Shown here in pieces: positions 1 through 9,139 of a DNA stretch of 52,879 nt (positions are counted from its first letter, which is position 1; every line of letters starts with the position of its first letter). The position numbers and the translations under genes are program-made. The notes beneath the pieces are model-generated. The model searched no databases. It saw only the letters and a list, made by a program, of their open reading frames with translations, and was not told the DNA's origin. Origin of the DNA: a virus; the IMG/VR virus record IMGVR_UViG_3300045988_062993, positions 1-52,879 of that record. One strand, written 5' to 3'.

Positions 1-40
1 GCAGCACCGCCAAGCCGCGCGGACACCGGACGCTGCCGGA
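1..40. repeat. Terminal direct repeat: nt 1..40 are identical to 52840..52879 (circular-contig overlap, or a shared VR/TR segment)
   Basis: Exact 40-nt match gcagcaccgccaagccgcgcggacaccggacgctgccgga at both window ends. Confidence 0.95.
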
Positions 41-1632
41 GAGACGTAGAGGCCAGCCTTAACGCCGGTGCCGCTGCCCGCACGGGTAGACACGGCAGCA
101 GGCCACAGCACCGCCGGGTCATTGCTGATTGCCGTATCTTCGATATACTGCCATGCGTTGGCTGTGCCTTCCGGGAAGGTCAGCGTCAGGTCTTCCTGCT
201 TCGTGTAGTCAGCAGAGATAGAACCATCGGTCGTCACCTTCGTCTGATCGTGGCAGGTGTAGATGTCAAAGGTGTAATTGCCGTCGCCGTCCTTGCCCCA
301 CTGCCACAGTTCATCCGCCACGATCAGGTATGCGCCGTTCTGGAACTCCGTCTTCTGGATCAAGCCAGGTTCCTTGCCGTTGGTGTAGTTGGTGCGGGAG
401 CCATCGTTGCCGCGCACGCTGTCGTTATAACCGCTGCCATAAGGCATAGTGGACAGCATCGTCTGCCCCTTGACCACATTCCAGGTATCGCCGGTATCAA
501 CGTAGACTGCTTTGTAGCCCGTTCCGTCCACGTTGATGTCTTTAATGCGGGTAATGCGGGCTTCGGTCTGGATGTCATGCATGGTGGCATCGTTACGGTC
601 GGTCGTGCTCTTCGTGTGGGTGCCAATGGCAACGTAGGAATCAATAAGCAGGTTTGCGGCCTGCTCGGTCGTCACCGGGAAGTAGTTCACGCCCTCTGCA
701 TCAATGGCGGCAGTGTACTGGTAGCTGTAGGAAGTGCAGCCCTCAATGGTGCCGCTGTTGCCCTTGCGTGCATACTTCAGCTGGATCATGCGCTCCTGCC
801 ATTTCAGCAGGTTGCCGGATGCACCGGCGTACTGGTTGCCACGAGCACGCCACAGCTGCACCAGCTGGGTGTGGCTCTTGTAGTTCACCGGTGCCAAACC
901 CGTGTGACCGCCGATCTTGCCGTCATCCTGCATACCGGCGAAATACTTCGGGTTTGCAATGTACGGATAGGTCTTGCCGGTACGGTCGGTGCCCTGCGGC
1001 CACTGCTCGTAACCGCCGGACGGGTGGCAGCGCATACGCAGGATGCGGTAGCCGCCCTCGTTGCGCTCACGCACATAGGTATTCTTCTGCAACACCCAGA
1101 CCAGATGATTGGTGCTGCGCACAAAGTCGTCATCGTCGATGTACTGACAAGCGTAGATCGTGTGGCTGCCGTCCTCGTTCTTTTCTGCCGCCACTTCCAC
1201 GCACCAGAACTGCGGCAGACCGGCAAAATCATCCTTGCCGGATTCTGCGGCGGTAGACGGGGTGCAGGACAGGCCCACGCTGTCGTCGGTCAGCTCACCG
1301 ATTGCGGTGTTGGATGTGCTGAACAGCGGGAACTTTACGCCATGCACGCGGCTGTCGTCCAGCACATTGCCGAACCAACGTTCCAGCATCCGGTTATAGG
1401 TGCTGGTGTTCGGATTCCAGTTCGCCGTCCACCAGTCTACGAACAGCACGTTCATTTCCCGTGCCGTGGTCACTTTCTGAGCCAGCGCGTTATAGTACCG
1501 GTCGATGGTATCTTCATTGCCGGTTGCCAGAACGGCAGTTCTGCCATCGCCCGCCGCCGCCATCGTGGTGCCAGATACCGCAGCGAAAATCTGCTGCAAG
1601 GATTCATCGGATGCCATGTGAGTTCTTGCCAT
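1..1632 (-). CDS. Large tail/receptor-binding-like protein and candidate DGR target. This is the 5' part, 544 codons. The ORF has no stop before the window edge and continues in frame at 52879..52681 if the contig is circular.
   Basis: ATG at 1632 follows a GGAGG RBS and sits right after the stop of the upstream gene (1635). The frame is open to nt 1, and the track ORF 250..1638(+) is its codon-aligned antisense shadow. The C-terminal part (...ADELWQWGKDG...GVRAAWRCC) runs into an Asn-codon-rich segment across the junction. Confidence 0.6.
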   Translation of the reverse strand, partial: MARTHMASDESLQQIFAAVSGTTMAAAGDGRTAVLATGNEDTIDRYYNALAQKVTTAREMNVLFVDWWTANWNPNTSTYNRMLERWFGNVLDDSRVHGVKFPLFSTSNTAIGELTDDSVGLSCTPSTAAESGKDDFAGLPQFWCVEVAAEKNEDGSHTIYACQYIDDDDFVRSTNHLVWVLQKNTYVRERNEGGYRILRMRCHPSGGYEQWPQGTDRTGKTYPYIANPKYFAGMQDDGKIGGHTGLAPVNYKSHTQLVQLWRARGNQYAGASGNLLKWQERMIQLKYARKGNSGTIEGCTSYSYQYTAAIDAEGVNYFPVTTEQAANLLIDSYVAIGTHTKSTTDRNDATMHDIQTEARITRIKDINVDGTGYKAVYVDTGDTWNVVKGQTMLSTMPYGSGYNDSVRGNDGSRTNYTNGKEPGLIQKTEFQNGAYLIVADELWQWGKDGDGNYTFDIYTCHDQTKVTTDGSISADYTKQEDLTLTFPEGTANAWQYIEDTAISNDPAVLWPAAVSTRAGSGTGVKAGLYVSPAASGVRAAWRCC

Positions 1633-1634
1633 GT

Positions 1635-1877
1635 TTAGTCCTCCTGTCCATCATCAAAGGTCAAGCGACCGGCTTCGTCATAAAAGAAGTACGGAAGCCC
1701 TTCCAGTTTTTCCAGTCTTTTTCCGGTGGCTGCCGCATCGGCGGCAGAGCCTTCCTTTTTCAGTGTCTTATCCGGCAACAGTTCCTTTGCCCAGTTCGGC
1801 ACATCTTCATCGATCAGCTTATAGGTTGTGCCGTCAATGACAAGGTAGGTGGCTCTTACGATTTTTACGTTTGCCAT
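1635..1877 (-). CDS. Hypothetical small tail-module protein (80 aa)
   Basis: Track ORF, co-directional and tightly packed with its neighbours. No motif recognised. Confidence 0.5.
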   Translation of the reverse strand: MANVKIVRATYLVIDGTTYKLIDEDVPNWAKELLPDKTLKKEGSAADAAATGKRLEKLEGLPYFFYDEAGRLTFDDGQED

Positions 1878-2125
1878 TCCGTCTTACCTCCCAGAGAGAG
1901 CGTCACCACGCCGCGCCCATCGTCCGAAGCGGTCAACTTCAAAGCGTTCAGGTTTGCTTTGATGCCCTGCACCTGCAAGGTTTCGCCCACCACTTTTGCG
2001 ATCTGTTCCGGGGTGGCGCGGTAGAGATCGTTCTTTCCGTCTGCTCGTTTCCGAACCACGATCACATAGTCCGCACTTGCAAACGTTTCTGCCAAGGCTT
2101 TGTCTGCCAGACTTACCATGCCCAT
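1865..2125 (-). CDS. Hypothetical small tail-module protein (86 aa)
   Basis: Track ORF with GAAGGAGG upstream of the ATG at 2125. It overlaps the stop of the radical SAM gene (2113). Confidence 0.5.
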   Translation of the reverse strand: MGMVSLADKALAETFASADYVIVVRKRADGKNDLYRATPEQIAKVVGETLQVQGIKANLNALKLTASDDGRGVVTLSLGGKTEWQT

Positions 2126-3441
2126 TTCTCTGCCGCCTCCTTCTCAATGGCTTTCAACTCTGCGGCTTCATCCTCACCGATCAGACGCGCCACTTCCTCG
2201 TAGGGAAGATTTACCTTCTTCGGTGCGGTATCGCCCAGAGCTATACTGCGCATATTGCAGTACCAGCACACAGCCAGCACACGCGCCTTGTGAACTTTGC
2301 AGATTCCGGTATATCTGCGGTTTGCAGTTCCGAACATTTCATAGTTCAAACCACTGCACCAGCCGCACCCGGAAGACACCGGGCAACGGATGCACTCTTC
2401 CGTGGACTGGGATTTCATGGTGATTGCATCCAGTTCTTCCTTCACCTGCCGCTGCTGATCCGTGGCATACAAACTGCCCGCCTGCACATTGCCCAGACAC
2501 ACCCGATTTGCCTTTTCTTTGCCAATAGAGATAGGCGCATACCGTATGCAGGGATACGCGGACCCGTCCGGGGCAAAACTTAGCATTGAGCCGGTTCCGC
2601 CGCAGAAGTTTCTGTCGTTCTGTTCTGCATCGCCAATCTGCTCATCCAGCATGGCAATCGCCACGTCCCAGCCGTTCTTGATAACGTACTGCGAAACCTC
2701 TTTCAGCTGTTTATACAGTGCCTTGCCGTCCTCGTCCGTGTACATCGGTTCGTAGGCGCAGTTCCCGGCAATGTGCCTGCACCCGGCATCCAGCATCATT
2801 TTCATACTGGATGCAATGTACTGGATGGAGCCGGGCACGAAGGTCATTTTGCTGTTGAGCCAGCCATACTTCCGCTTGCCGTCCTGGAATGCTGCCCACG
2901 CGGTAGAAAAGCTGCCGTTTCCGTCTTCGTCGATGCGGTAACGGTCGTGCAGCTCTTGCACGCCATCAATGGACACTGTAACCGACATAAGATCATGGTA
3001 CTTTTCCAGCAGGTGCTGCGCCGCCGGGGAGCGCCACAGTCGGCCATTCGTGGCAAAAGAAATGCGCGTGAACGGTCCCAGCGGGATTTCCCGCCGGTAG
3101 CACTCCGAAAACCAGTAGTCGCAGATATGCTCGATCAGTTCAGCTTCCAGCAGCGGTTCCCCGCCGATGAAGTCCAGGATCATGGCTTTGGTGTCCCGGT
3201 TCACAAAATCGGATGTGCTATCCTCGTACAGGTTCAGGATGTAGTCCACGATTTTCTTTCCGGTTTCCAGCGTCATTTTTTCGGTAGACTTGTGGTGCTC
3301 ATAGCAGTATGAGCACCGCAGGTTGCAGGCGTTTGTGATCTGGAACGTGATGTTTCGGCAGATGCTTCCACACTCCCGTCTGTCCCGGCCATATAAGCGC
3401 TGGACGGTATTCCCGTAGTCCTCATACTTTTTCGTTCTCAA
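2113..3441 (-). CDS. Radical SAM / SPASM-domain peptide-maturase-like enzyme
   Basis: CX3CX2C motif (ITNACNLRCSYCYE). C-terminal SPASM-like cysteines are CGGTGSMLSFAPDGSAYPC and CIRCPVSSGCGWC. The track start at 3471 is TTG. An internal TTG at 3441 has a GGGAGGAGG RBS 9 nt upstream and is preferred. Confidence 0.85.
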   Translation of the reverse strand: MRTKKYEDYGNTVQRLYGRDRRECGSICRNITFQITNACNLRCSYCYEHHKSTEKMTLETGKKIVDYILNLYEDSTSDFVNRDTKAMILDFIGGEPLLEAELIEHICDYWFSECYRREIPLGPFTRISFATNGRLWRSPAAQHLLEKYHDLMSVTVSIDGVQELHDRYRIDEDGNGSFSTAWAAFQDGKRKYGWLNSKMTFVPGSIQYIASSMKMMLDAGCRHIAGNCAYEPMYTDEDGKALYKQLKEVSQYVIKNGWDVAIAMLDEQIGDAEQNDRNFCGGTGSMLSFAPDGSAYPCIRYAPISIGKEKANRVCLGNVQAGSLYATDQQRQVKEELDAITMKSQSTEECIRCPVSSGCGWCSGLNYEMFGTANRRYTGICKVHKARVLAVCWYCNMRSIALGDTAPKKVNLPYEEVARLIGEDEAAELKAIEKEAAEKWAW

Positions 3442-3724
3442 CGGGGTGTACCTCCTCCCGCTCAAAGTCAAAGTGCACGATCAGGTTCGGGTTTTCTTCC
3501 GGGTCGATGTACCGCGCCAACACCTTGTCCTGCACCATCTTCAGCTTCATCTGCGCTTTCCGGCACAGTCCTGCGTAGTAGTGCAGCATATCAGCGATCA
3601 TCGTATTTGCGCCAGCGTTCAGCTGGCGGGACAGAATTGCCATCAGTGCTTCATAGGACTGTGCTTCGTAGTAGGCACGCTCCACAGCTTCACTTTCCTG
3701 TGTGGTGATTTTGATATTCTCCAT
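3422..3724 (-). CDS. Small helical protein (100 aa), candidate accessory protein of the CXXX-repeat modification system
   Basis: ATG at 3724 follows TAAGGAG. It lies between the repeat protein and the rSAM gene and overlaps the rSAM start. Confidence 0.6.
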   Translation of the reverse strand: MENIKITTQESEAVERAYYEAQSYEALMAILSRQLNAGANTMIADMLHYYAGLCRKAQMKLKMVQDKVLARYIDPEENPNLIVHFDFEREEVHPVENEKV

Positions 3725-3734
3725 GGTACACTCC

Positions 3735-4310
3735 TTACTGTGCATCCCGTTTCGGCAGCTTGTCCGCCGCCTGACGGTATCTTGTGCGAACCTGATTCAT
3801 CTTGACCATGGCCGAAACCATATCGTGCATATCTTCTGTTTCGCTCAACCGCAGCAGTTCGATCAGCACAACAAGCAGGTGCCACACGGAAAAGAAATCC
3901 ACATCGTCCTTGCACTCATACTGAGCCGCCTTGACGAACGGTGCAGGATTACACTCACCTCTTCGGACAGGGTGTGCCGCAAAGTTGAACGTCCGGGCTG
4001 CCAGACCATAGCCCATCAGGTAAACCCGGTCTTCGGCTGCTTCTTCGCCGCAGGCTGTCACTACAGACCGAGCTACAGTGATGCAGTATGCACACCACAC
4101 ATCGAACTCATCTTCCGTGTTCACCATGAACATACCGGCACATCCGATGCACCAGAAAGCTTTCTCCATGCCGGGCGGAGTATCAGCAAGAAGCCCCTGC
4201 CAGTCCTCCGGGTTTACTGTTTCGTGTGTCTGGATTTTCAGCAACGGAAGGTTTTTTGTGTACATCTTCTCGCTTCTTTCGTCATTGTTTTGCTCAAATG
4301 CTACGTTCAT
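3735..4310 (-). CDS. Hypothetical protein (191 aa), candidate accessory protein of the CXXX-repeat system
   Basis: ATG at 4310 follows AAAGGAG with a 7-nt spacer. It is located immediately downstream of the Cys-repeat gene. Confidence 0.6.
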   Translation of the reverse strand: MNVAFEQNNDERSEKMYTKNLPLLKIQTHETVNPEDWQGLLADTPPGMEKAFWCIGCAGMFMVNTEDEFDVWCAYCITVARSVVTACGEEAAEDRVYLMGYGLAARTFNFAAHPVRRGECNPAPFVKAAQYECKDDVDFFSVWHLLVVLIELLRLSETEDMHDMVSAMVKMNQVRTRYRQAADKLPKRDAQ

Positions 4311-4325
4311 TTCGCTGCTCCTTTC

Positions 4326-5240
4326 TTATTTCCACAGGAATCCAGAGCATGATGTGCATCCACCAGAACAGCTTCCGGAACACCCACTACAACCTCCGTC
4401 GCAGTTATCTGTGCATTGCGCTCCACAATGCGAATTGCAGTCTCCTTCGCAGCTGTTTACGCAAGACTGTTTACAGTTTGCGAAGCAAGCAACCCCTCTG
4501 CAACTATCCTGACAGCTTGACGCACAATACGAATCGCACTTATCAACGCACCGTCCTGTGCAATCATCTGCGCAAGTGGCGTCGCAGCTACCGGAGCAGC
4601 TACCGGAACAGCCATCACAGCCGCCTTTGCATCCTCCCTTGCAGCCCGTCTTGCAGCCATTGGTGCAGTCATTTGCACAGCTTGCCGTGCAGGTCGTGTT
4701 GCAGGTGTTGGTGCAGTTTCCTAAACAGGTGTTGCTGCACGACCCCTGGCAAGTTCCCCTGCAAGTAGCCGTGCAGTCATTCGCACAATTTGCCCGGCAA
4801 GTTCCTACACACCCTCCGCCACAGCTGCCGGTGCAGCTGGTACAGGACGTGTTGCAGCCATTGGAGCAAAGCCCCGTGCACTGCCCGCTGCACCCGGTCG
4901 CTGTTGCAGTTTCCGGGATATTGCTCAGTGTGCTTACCGTTGCCGCTGCTTGCGCAAGCCCCGATGCTGCAACTTGGTCTCCCCGCGCCGGTGTCGTTGC
5001 ACCGCCCTGAACGGCATCCACCAGACGGGTGATTTTCTGGATGTGTTCTGCATCCACGCTCACGCCATCCGCCGGGGTCACATTGTACTGGTACGCCGTT
5101 CCCCTATATGCCGCCATGCTGCCAACAGACTGTCCCTGTGCGGTGCCTTCTGTCTTGCCGCGCCGACCGATCTCTGCGTCTATCAGGCTTTTCAGAGCGA
5201 GAAAATCTTCGTTGGAAATGAACTGTCCTCTCTCCGGCAT
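4326..5240 (-). CDS. CXXX-repeat (Cys every 4th residue) tail-associated protein, the putative rSAM substrate
   Basis: The N-terminal ~115 aa contain no Cys. The C-terminal ~188 aa (about nt 4326..4895) carry 47 Cys, mostly with C-X3-C spacing (CTGLCSNGCNTSC...CANDCTNGCKTGCKGGC...). The RBS is AAGGGGG. The gene directly follows the tail fibre gene. Confidence 0.85.
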   Translation of the reverse strand: MPERGQFISNEDFLALKSLIDAEIGRRGKTEGTAQGQSVGSMAAYRGTAYQYNVTPADGVSVDAEHIQKITRLVDAVQGGATTPARGDQVAASGLAQAAATVSTLSNIPETATATGCSGQCTGLCSNGCNTSCTSCTGSCGGGCVGTCRANCANDCTATCRGTCQGSCSNTCLGNCTNTCNTTCTASCANDCTNGCKTGCKGGCKGGCDGCSGSCSGSCDATCADDCTGRCVDKCDSYCASSCQDSCRGVACFANCKQSCVNSCEGDCNSHCGAQCTDNCDGGCSGCSGSCSGGCTSCSGFLWK

Positions 5241-5244
5241 CCTC

Positions 5245-6642
5245 TCACCCCCTTACTCGGACACGGATGCGGCGTTCATCTGTCCGGTCATCGCCTTCCA
5301 CTGCATAGCCAACAATGCACTCTGCTGGAGCAAACTCCCCTGCGCAGGCTGCCCGGCCAACGCCTGGCGTGCCCGAAGGCAAAATTAAATCCCCAGTCTT
5401 CACTCTGCCGGTCACGCGCACTCTGACGCGCCCTGCAAGGGAAACGGGGATATACTTTTCTATGTTAGCTTTGAAGTTGTCGTCTTTCTCGTCCGGCGTA
5501 TCGCCGCCAATCAGGTATGCATATTCGTCCGTGTGCACGCCTACAACGCGATCCATCTTTCCAATCGCCTTGATATACCGTTCTGTCTGACTGCTCACAT
5601 CCAGCGCAATGATATCTCCCGGCTTGGTATCGCACCCACGGGGAAACCATTCGGCGTAGTCGTTATAGACCGCACCATACACTTTGCGGAAGTTCGCCGT
5701 GCCATCAGCGGTGATGTAGTAGGTGTTGTCGCCACCGAAGTATGTAGGCTGCTGGAACCGCACCGCGCCCGTAAAGGTGCCGCCAGACGTTGGCATTGCA
5801 CCCAGATTCGCCAGCGCCCGTGTTGCGGTCTGGGCACCGGTGCCGCCGCGAGAAATAGGGAACGTTCCGCTGGTCACATCATCCGCGCTGTGCTTGTGAT
5901 CCTTTGCTGCGGCTGAAATATCCGCAGCGGAAATGTTGTGCGGGTTCTTTGCTGAAAGGTGTGCGATGAAGGCAGCGATTGCCGTGCGAATCTTCCGCAG
6001 GATATTCCCCAGCTTTTCGCCGGAAGCGATATTCTGCACATCGTAGGAGCCATCCGTCTTCATAATGTAGTCATTTGAGAACACCGGCTGTTGGTTCGTC
6101 GGGGTAACATTGGGCACATTTCCCAAACCAACCTGCTCAGCCGTAACATGGTGCGGATTGTTGTGGTCAGTGATGTGGTCTTTCAGGTCTTGCTTGCTGG
6201 CATACCCGGAATACTCGCCCAGCGTTGCCGTCACCTGCTCTGCATCACCAACCGCAACTACCATGTGGAAGGTTTCCTGTACCGTCATGTCGCCGCTCTC
6301 CGGCGGCACAACGGCGGCTTCGTTTCCTGCATTGGCATACGCATACAGGATTTCTCCATCGTTCGGGTCGTTGGCGAAGATACCAATTTCCCGGGCAATC
6401 AGCTTTGATTTCAGACCGCTGTTCGTGTAGGTGGATTCCAGCACGGCGCAGTTTGCGGACAGCTCAATGCTGTTGATCTGCATATTGGCTACCAGATGCA
6501 CAAGATTTTTCAGGTCACGCGGTTTTTCCGGCGCAACGCCATCGCCCAGCGCAAATTTCGTGAAATTGATTGCGGTGCCATTCAGAGCTTTCACGATCAA
6601 AGCTCTGCCCGCATTGGTCAGGATCAAACTTGGAAAAAACAT
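5245..6642 (-). CDS. Tail fibre protein (P2 gpH-like N-terminus)
   Basis: The N-terminus MFFPSLILTNAGRALIVKALNG..FTKFALGDG is typical of the tail-collar/fibre N-domain. His-rich HxH-type segments are present (DHNNPHH, KDHKHS). The C-terminal beta-domain reads ...VYNDYAEWF...PVSLAGRVRVRVTG. Confidence 0.8.
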   Translation of the reverse strand: MFFPSLILTNAGRALIVKALNGTAINFTKFALGDGVAPEKPRDLKNLVHLVANMQINSIELSANCAVLESTYTNSGLKSKLIAREIGIFANDPNDGEILYAYANAGNEAAVVPPESGDMTVQETFHMVVAVGDAEQVTATLGEYSGYASKQDLKDHITDHNNPHHVTAEQVGLGNVPNVTPTNQQPVFSNDYIMKTDGSYDVQNIASGEKLGNILRKIRTAIAAFIAHLSAKNPHNISAADISAAAKDHKHSADDVTSGTFPISRGGTGAQTATRALANLGAMPTSGGTFTGAVRFQQPTYFGGDNTYYITADGTANFRKVYGAVYNDYAEWFPRGCDTKPGDIIALDVSSQTERYIKAIGKMDRVVGVHTDEYAYLIGGDTPDEKDDNFKANIEKYIPVSLAGRVRVRVTGRVKTGDLILPSGTPGVGRAACAGEFAPAECIVGYAVEGDDRTDERRIRVRVRG

Positions 6643-6654
6643 CGTTTCCCCCTT

Positions 6655-7290
6655 TTAGTCTGTCAGGATGTTCCCGTCTGCGTCCAGAAGGGCGTTTTCG
6701 TCTGCATCTACAAGCCAGCTGAATACGCTCTCTCCGTCTGCCGTCACGCCAGACCACTTTCCCACGGCAACCGATGCAAAACCAAAGAACAGCTTGTGCA
6801 TTTCCTCTGTGGAAAGCTGCAACATATCCAGATGGGCACTTGCCCGCTTTACATGGCTGAGAATGTCCAGCATCTCCTCAATGTCGATGGGGCCTTCTGC
6901 CTTGATTTTGATTCGGAAACACCCGGGCGTTCCTTGATACTCAAACCATTCCCGCACCGTCGCGTCGCCGTACAGGTCACGCATCACATCTTCCACCGCC
7001 GCTTTCGTGCCAACGGTCATATAATAAGGTAGCGATGCTTTTACAAGCCGCCGTTTCGTTTCAATGTCGTAGTCCTGCCTGTAGCGCGGTGCCCGGAACT
7101 GTGTTGCCAGAATATCCAGCAGTTCATCCGATGCCTGGTCGATACCTGTATAAACCTTCGCATTGTCTGCAAAATCTAAGATCAGAAGTGTCAGATCATG
7201 CCATGCATCCGATACAGACTGCACCCATTGCTGTTCTGCAACGCTTTTCGGTAGCAGGTCGGTCAGCTGGGCATTGCGAAGATCAGTCAT
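6655..7290 (-). CDS. Baseplate/tail protein I (P2 gpI-like)
   Basis: Its position follows Baseplate_J. The motif LLP.S.....W..... and the conserved gene order fit gpI. ATG at 7290 has a GGAGG RBS. Confidence 0.7.
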   Translation of the reverse strand: MTDLRNAQLTDLLPKSVAEQQWVQSVSDAWHDLTLLILDFADNAKVYTGIDQASDELLDILATQFRAPRYRQDYDIETKRRLVKASLPYYMTVGTKAAVEDVMRDLYGDATVREWFEYQGTPGCFRIKIKAEGPIDIEEMLDILSHVKRASAHLDMLQLSTEEMHKLFFGFASVAVGKWSGVTADGESVFSWLVDADENALLDADGNILTD

Positions 7291-8434
7291 CTTCCAATCC
7301 TCCGTAAACAACCTTGCAGGTGGTCAGCTTCGGAATCTCAGCGCTGCCAACCACAACGTCGGTCGGCGCGGTGATTTTCACTTTCTTTGCTCCGGCGTTT
7401 TTGATTTGTGCAATCAGTTCCGCCGGGTCAATGTCCCTGCCCATGGTGCGCTGCCACACCTTGTAGTTTTCAATGGCTTCATTTACTGCATTCTGTACCG
7501 TGACAGCGATTTTCGATTTGCTGCGAGCAATAGTATAGGTCACGTCAATGCTGTACTCGATCTCGGTCGGGGCTTTGCAGTTCACATAGTCCGTCATGGG
7601 GCGGCGTGCATCATCACGCAGATTTTCTTCCATGCTCTCACAATCGCTTTTGCTCGGCAGGGTTCCGTCCTGCAATGTAAAATAAATATCCACCACGCAA
7701 GGTGATGGACTTTCCACTGAAACATCTTTCACATCGTTCCGCCATGCCTTGGCGAAGTATTCATACGAATCCGGCGGACCGGCACAGCTGTATGTAGAGG
7801 GCACCAGATATGTTCTCTCCGTCAGCGAATCATCGCTTTCAATGTCGGTGCCGCCGCTGCTGGCGGTAATGTTCACCGCTGATGCAACATAGGGAATGGG
7901 GTCCACCAGCTGATTGATCTGCCCTTCCTCAATGCCAGACGATGCCGCGCCTTCCTCTGCGGCTTCTGCTTCCACGTCCGCATACTGCGAACCGGGCGCG
8001 ATTTCCGCATAGTCCATCGTGGCAAAATAAATACCGTCCTGCGTTCTAACGCGGGTCTTCGCCGGAATGCCTACGGCACCGGGTTGTTTTGCATCCGCCA
8101 GAGTAAACCGGATCGTCACCTTTGCTTTTTCTGCCGGCCGCCGGGTCAGGCCGTAGTTTCCGGCCAAATCGTCCAAATCATCGTGTGCCGAATATTTCAG
8201 CAACATCCGTTTCGGGCCAGCATCAACGTATTGCAGGATTTGATATCCAAGCAGCGTCATAGCTTTCAGCACCAGCGCTGGGACACTCGCGGGATAAATA
8301 ACCGGTGTCTGCCCGGTCGCGCCCTGCATGGATCGGCTGAATCCGTTCTTTGTCAGTTCTTCAACCTCCTTCATGGTCAGGTTGTCGATAAAACTGATAT
8401 CCGGCAGGTCTTTAAGCTGGGCAATTTCAGACAC
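7283..8434 (-). CDS. Baseplate protein J (P2 gpJ-like)
   Basis: Its size, its order between gpW and gpI, and Baseplate_J-like sequence support the call. GTG start at 8434 with a GAAGGTGG RBS. Confidence 0.8.
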   Translation of the reverse strand: MSEIAQLKDLPDISFIDNLTMKEVEELTKNGFSRSMQGATGQTPVIYPASVPALVLKAMTLLGYQILQYVDAGPKRMLLKYSAHDDLDDLAGNYGLTRRPAEKAKVTIRFTLADAKQPGAVGIPAKTRVRTQDGIYFATMDYAEIAPGSQYADVEAEAAEEGAASSGIEEGQINQLVDPIPYVASAVNITASSGGTDIESDDSLTERTYLVPSTYSCAGPPDSYEYFAKAWRNDVKDVSVESPSPCVVDIYFTLQDGTLPSKSDCESMEENLRDDARRPMTDYVNCKAPTEIEYSIDVTYTIARSKSKIAVTVQNAVNEAIENYKVWQRTMGRDIDPAELIAQIKNAGAKKVKITAPTDVVVGSAEIPKLTTCKVVYGGLEDD

Positions 8435-8732
8435 TTCGCAGCACCACCTTCGGAATTAAGATTCCCTGTCCCTCTTTTGGGGTGTCCCATTCCACATGGA
8501 CCACCTCAACGCGGGGTTCATACTTTTTTGTTTTGCGGACGATCTCTGCCGCCATCAGCGCTTTTGCGGCACCCATAGGCCGGTCTACGGCATCCATGGA
8601 AAGTCCGAAGTCCCGGTCAAGTCCCTGCTCTCCGGTTCTTGCAGAGTACAGCACTTTCAGGCATTCGCAGATATCCTCTGCATCATCCATGTTGGATGAT
8701 GCAAGTTCAATTTTTGCTTCTCCCAGTATCAT
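8427..8732 (-). CDS. Baseplate wedge protein (gpW / gp25-like)
   Basis: 101 aa with GPW_gp25-like sequence (...LSMDAVDRP...AAEIVRKTKKYEPRVEV) and the conserved position. Confidence 0.75.
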   Translation of the reverse strand: MILGEAKIELASSNMDDAEDICECLKVLYSARTGEQGLDRDFGLSMDAVDRPMGAAKALMAAEIVRKTKKYEPRVEVVHVEWDTPKEGQGILIPKVVLRSV

Positions 8733-9121
8733 GCGTATTCCTCAAATGATAAGTCGATCTTGCAGCGTACCAGCCGCCCACCGGATGTTACGCAATCCCA
8801 CTTGTCGGAAGCGTCCGTCAGCTTGAACAGGCACATCCCGACCGGTTCATTTCCGATGATGAGGTAATCAACCGTGCCGTTCTTGGCCATTTGCTGGATT
8901 GTGGTCAGCATTTCGCGGGGCTTCACTCCAAACTGGGCATCCAGCGTGACCGTAAACTTGTACGACATCAGCTTTTCCCCGGTCTTCTCGCTTTTTGGCT
9001 TTCCTCCGGTGGTGTTGTGGGTTGCCCATTCACTGCCGGTGCTGCCCTCAATATTTTCCAGCGTGAACACTTTTTTGCTGTTCACGGAGAAAACCAGATT
9101 GCCAAAGCACCCAACCTGCAT
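8729..9121 (-). CDS. Tail protein, P2 gpU-like
   Basis: 130 aa following the pattern FGNLVFSVNS..VFTLENIEGSTGSEWATH...KPKSEKTGEKL....VTLDAQFGV. Confidence 0.55.
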   Translation of the reverse strand: MQVGCFGNLVFSVNSKKVFTLENIEGSTGSEWATHNTTGGKPKSEKTGEKLMSYKFTVTLDAQFGVKPREMLTTIQQMAKNGTVDYLIIGNEPVGMCLFKLTDASDKWDCVTSGGRLVRCKIDLSFEEYA

Positions 9122-9139
9122 ACTGTGCCCTCCTGCGGT

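Noticed and set aside
1395-1435. A possible second DGR repeat copy (ttccagttcgc... shared with 52770..52780)
   Set aside because: Only about 11 nt are identical, the flanks diverge, and the differences are not adenine-specific. It lies in the N-terminal part of the same gene and is judged coincidental.
250-1638. A 462-aa plus-strand ORF at the window start
   Set aside because: It is the codon-aligned antisense shadow of the minus-strand tail protein gene (ATG at 1632 with GGAGG). The real gene is missing from the track only because it has no stop inside the window.
4078-5426. Plus-strand ORFs with QLPEQ/PLQ-type repeats opposite the Cys-repeat gene
   Set aside because: They are mirror images of the TGC-rich codon periodicity of the minus-strand CXXX repeat. 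They have no RBS, and the sense gene is far better supported.
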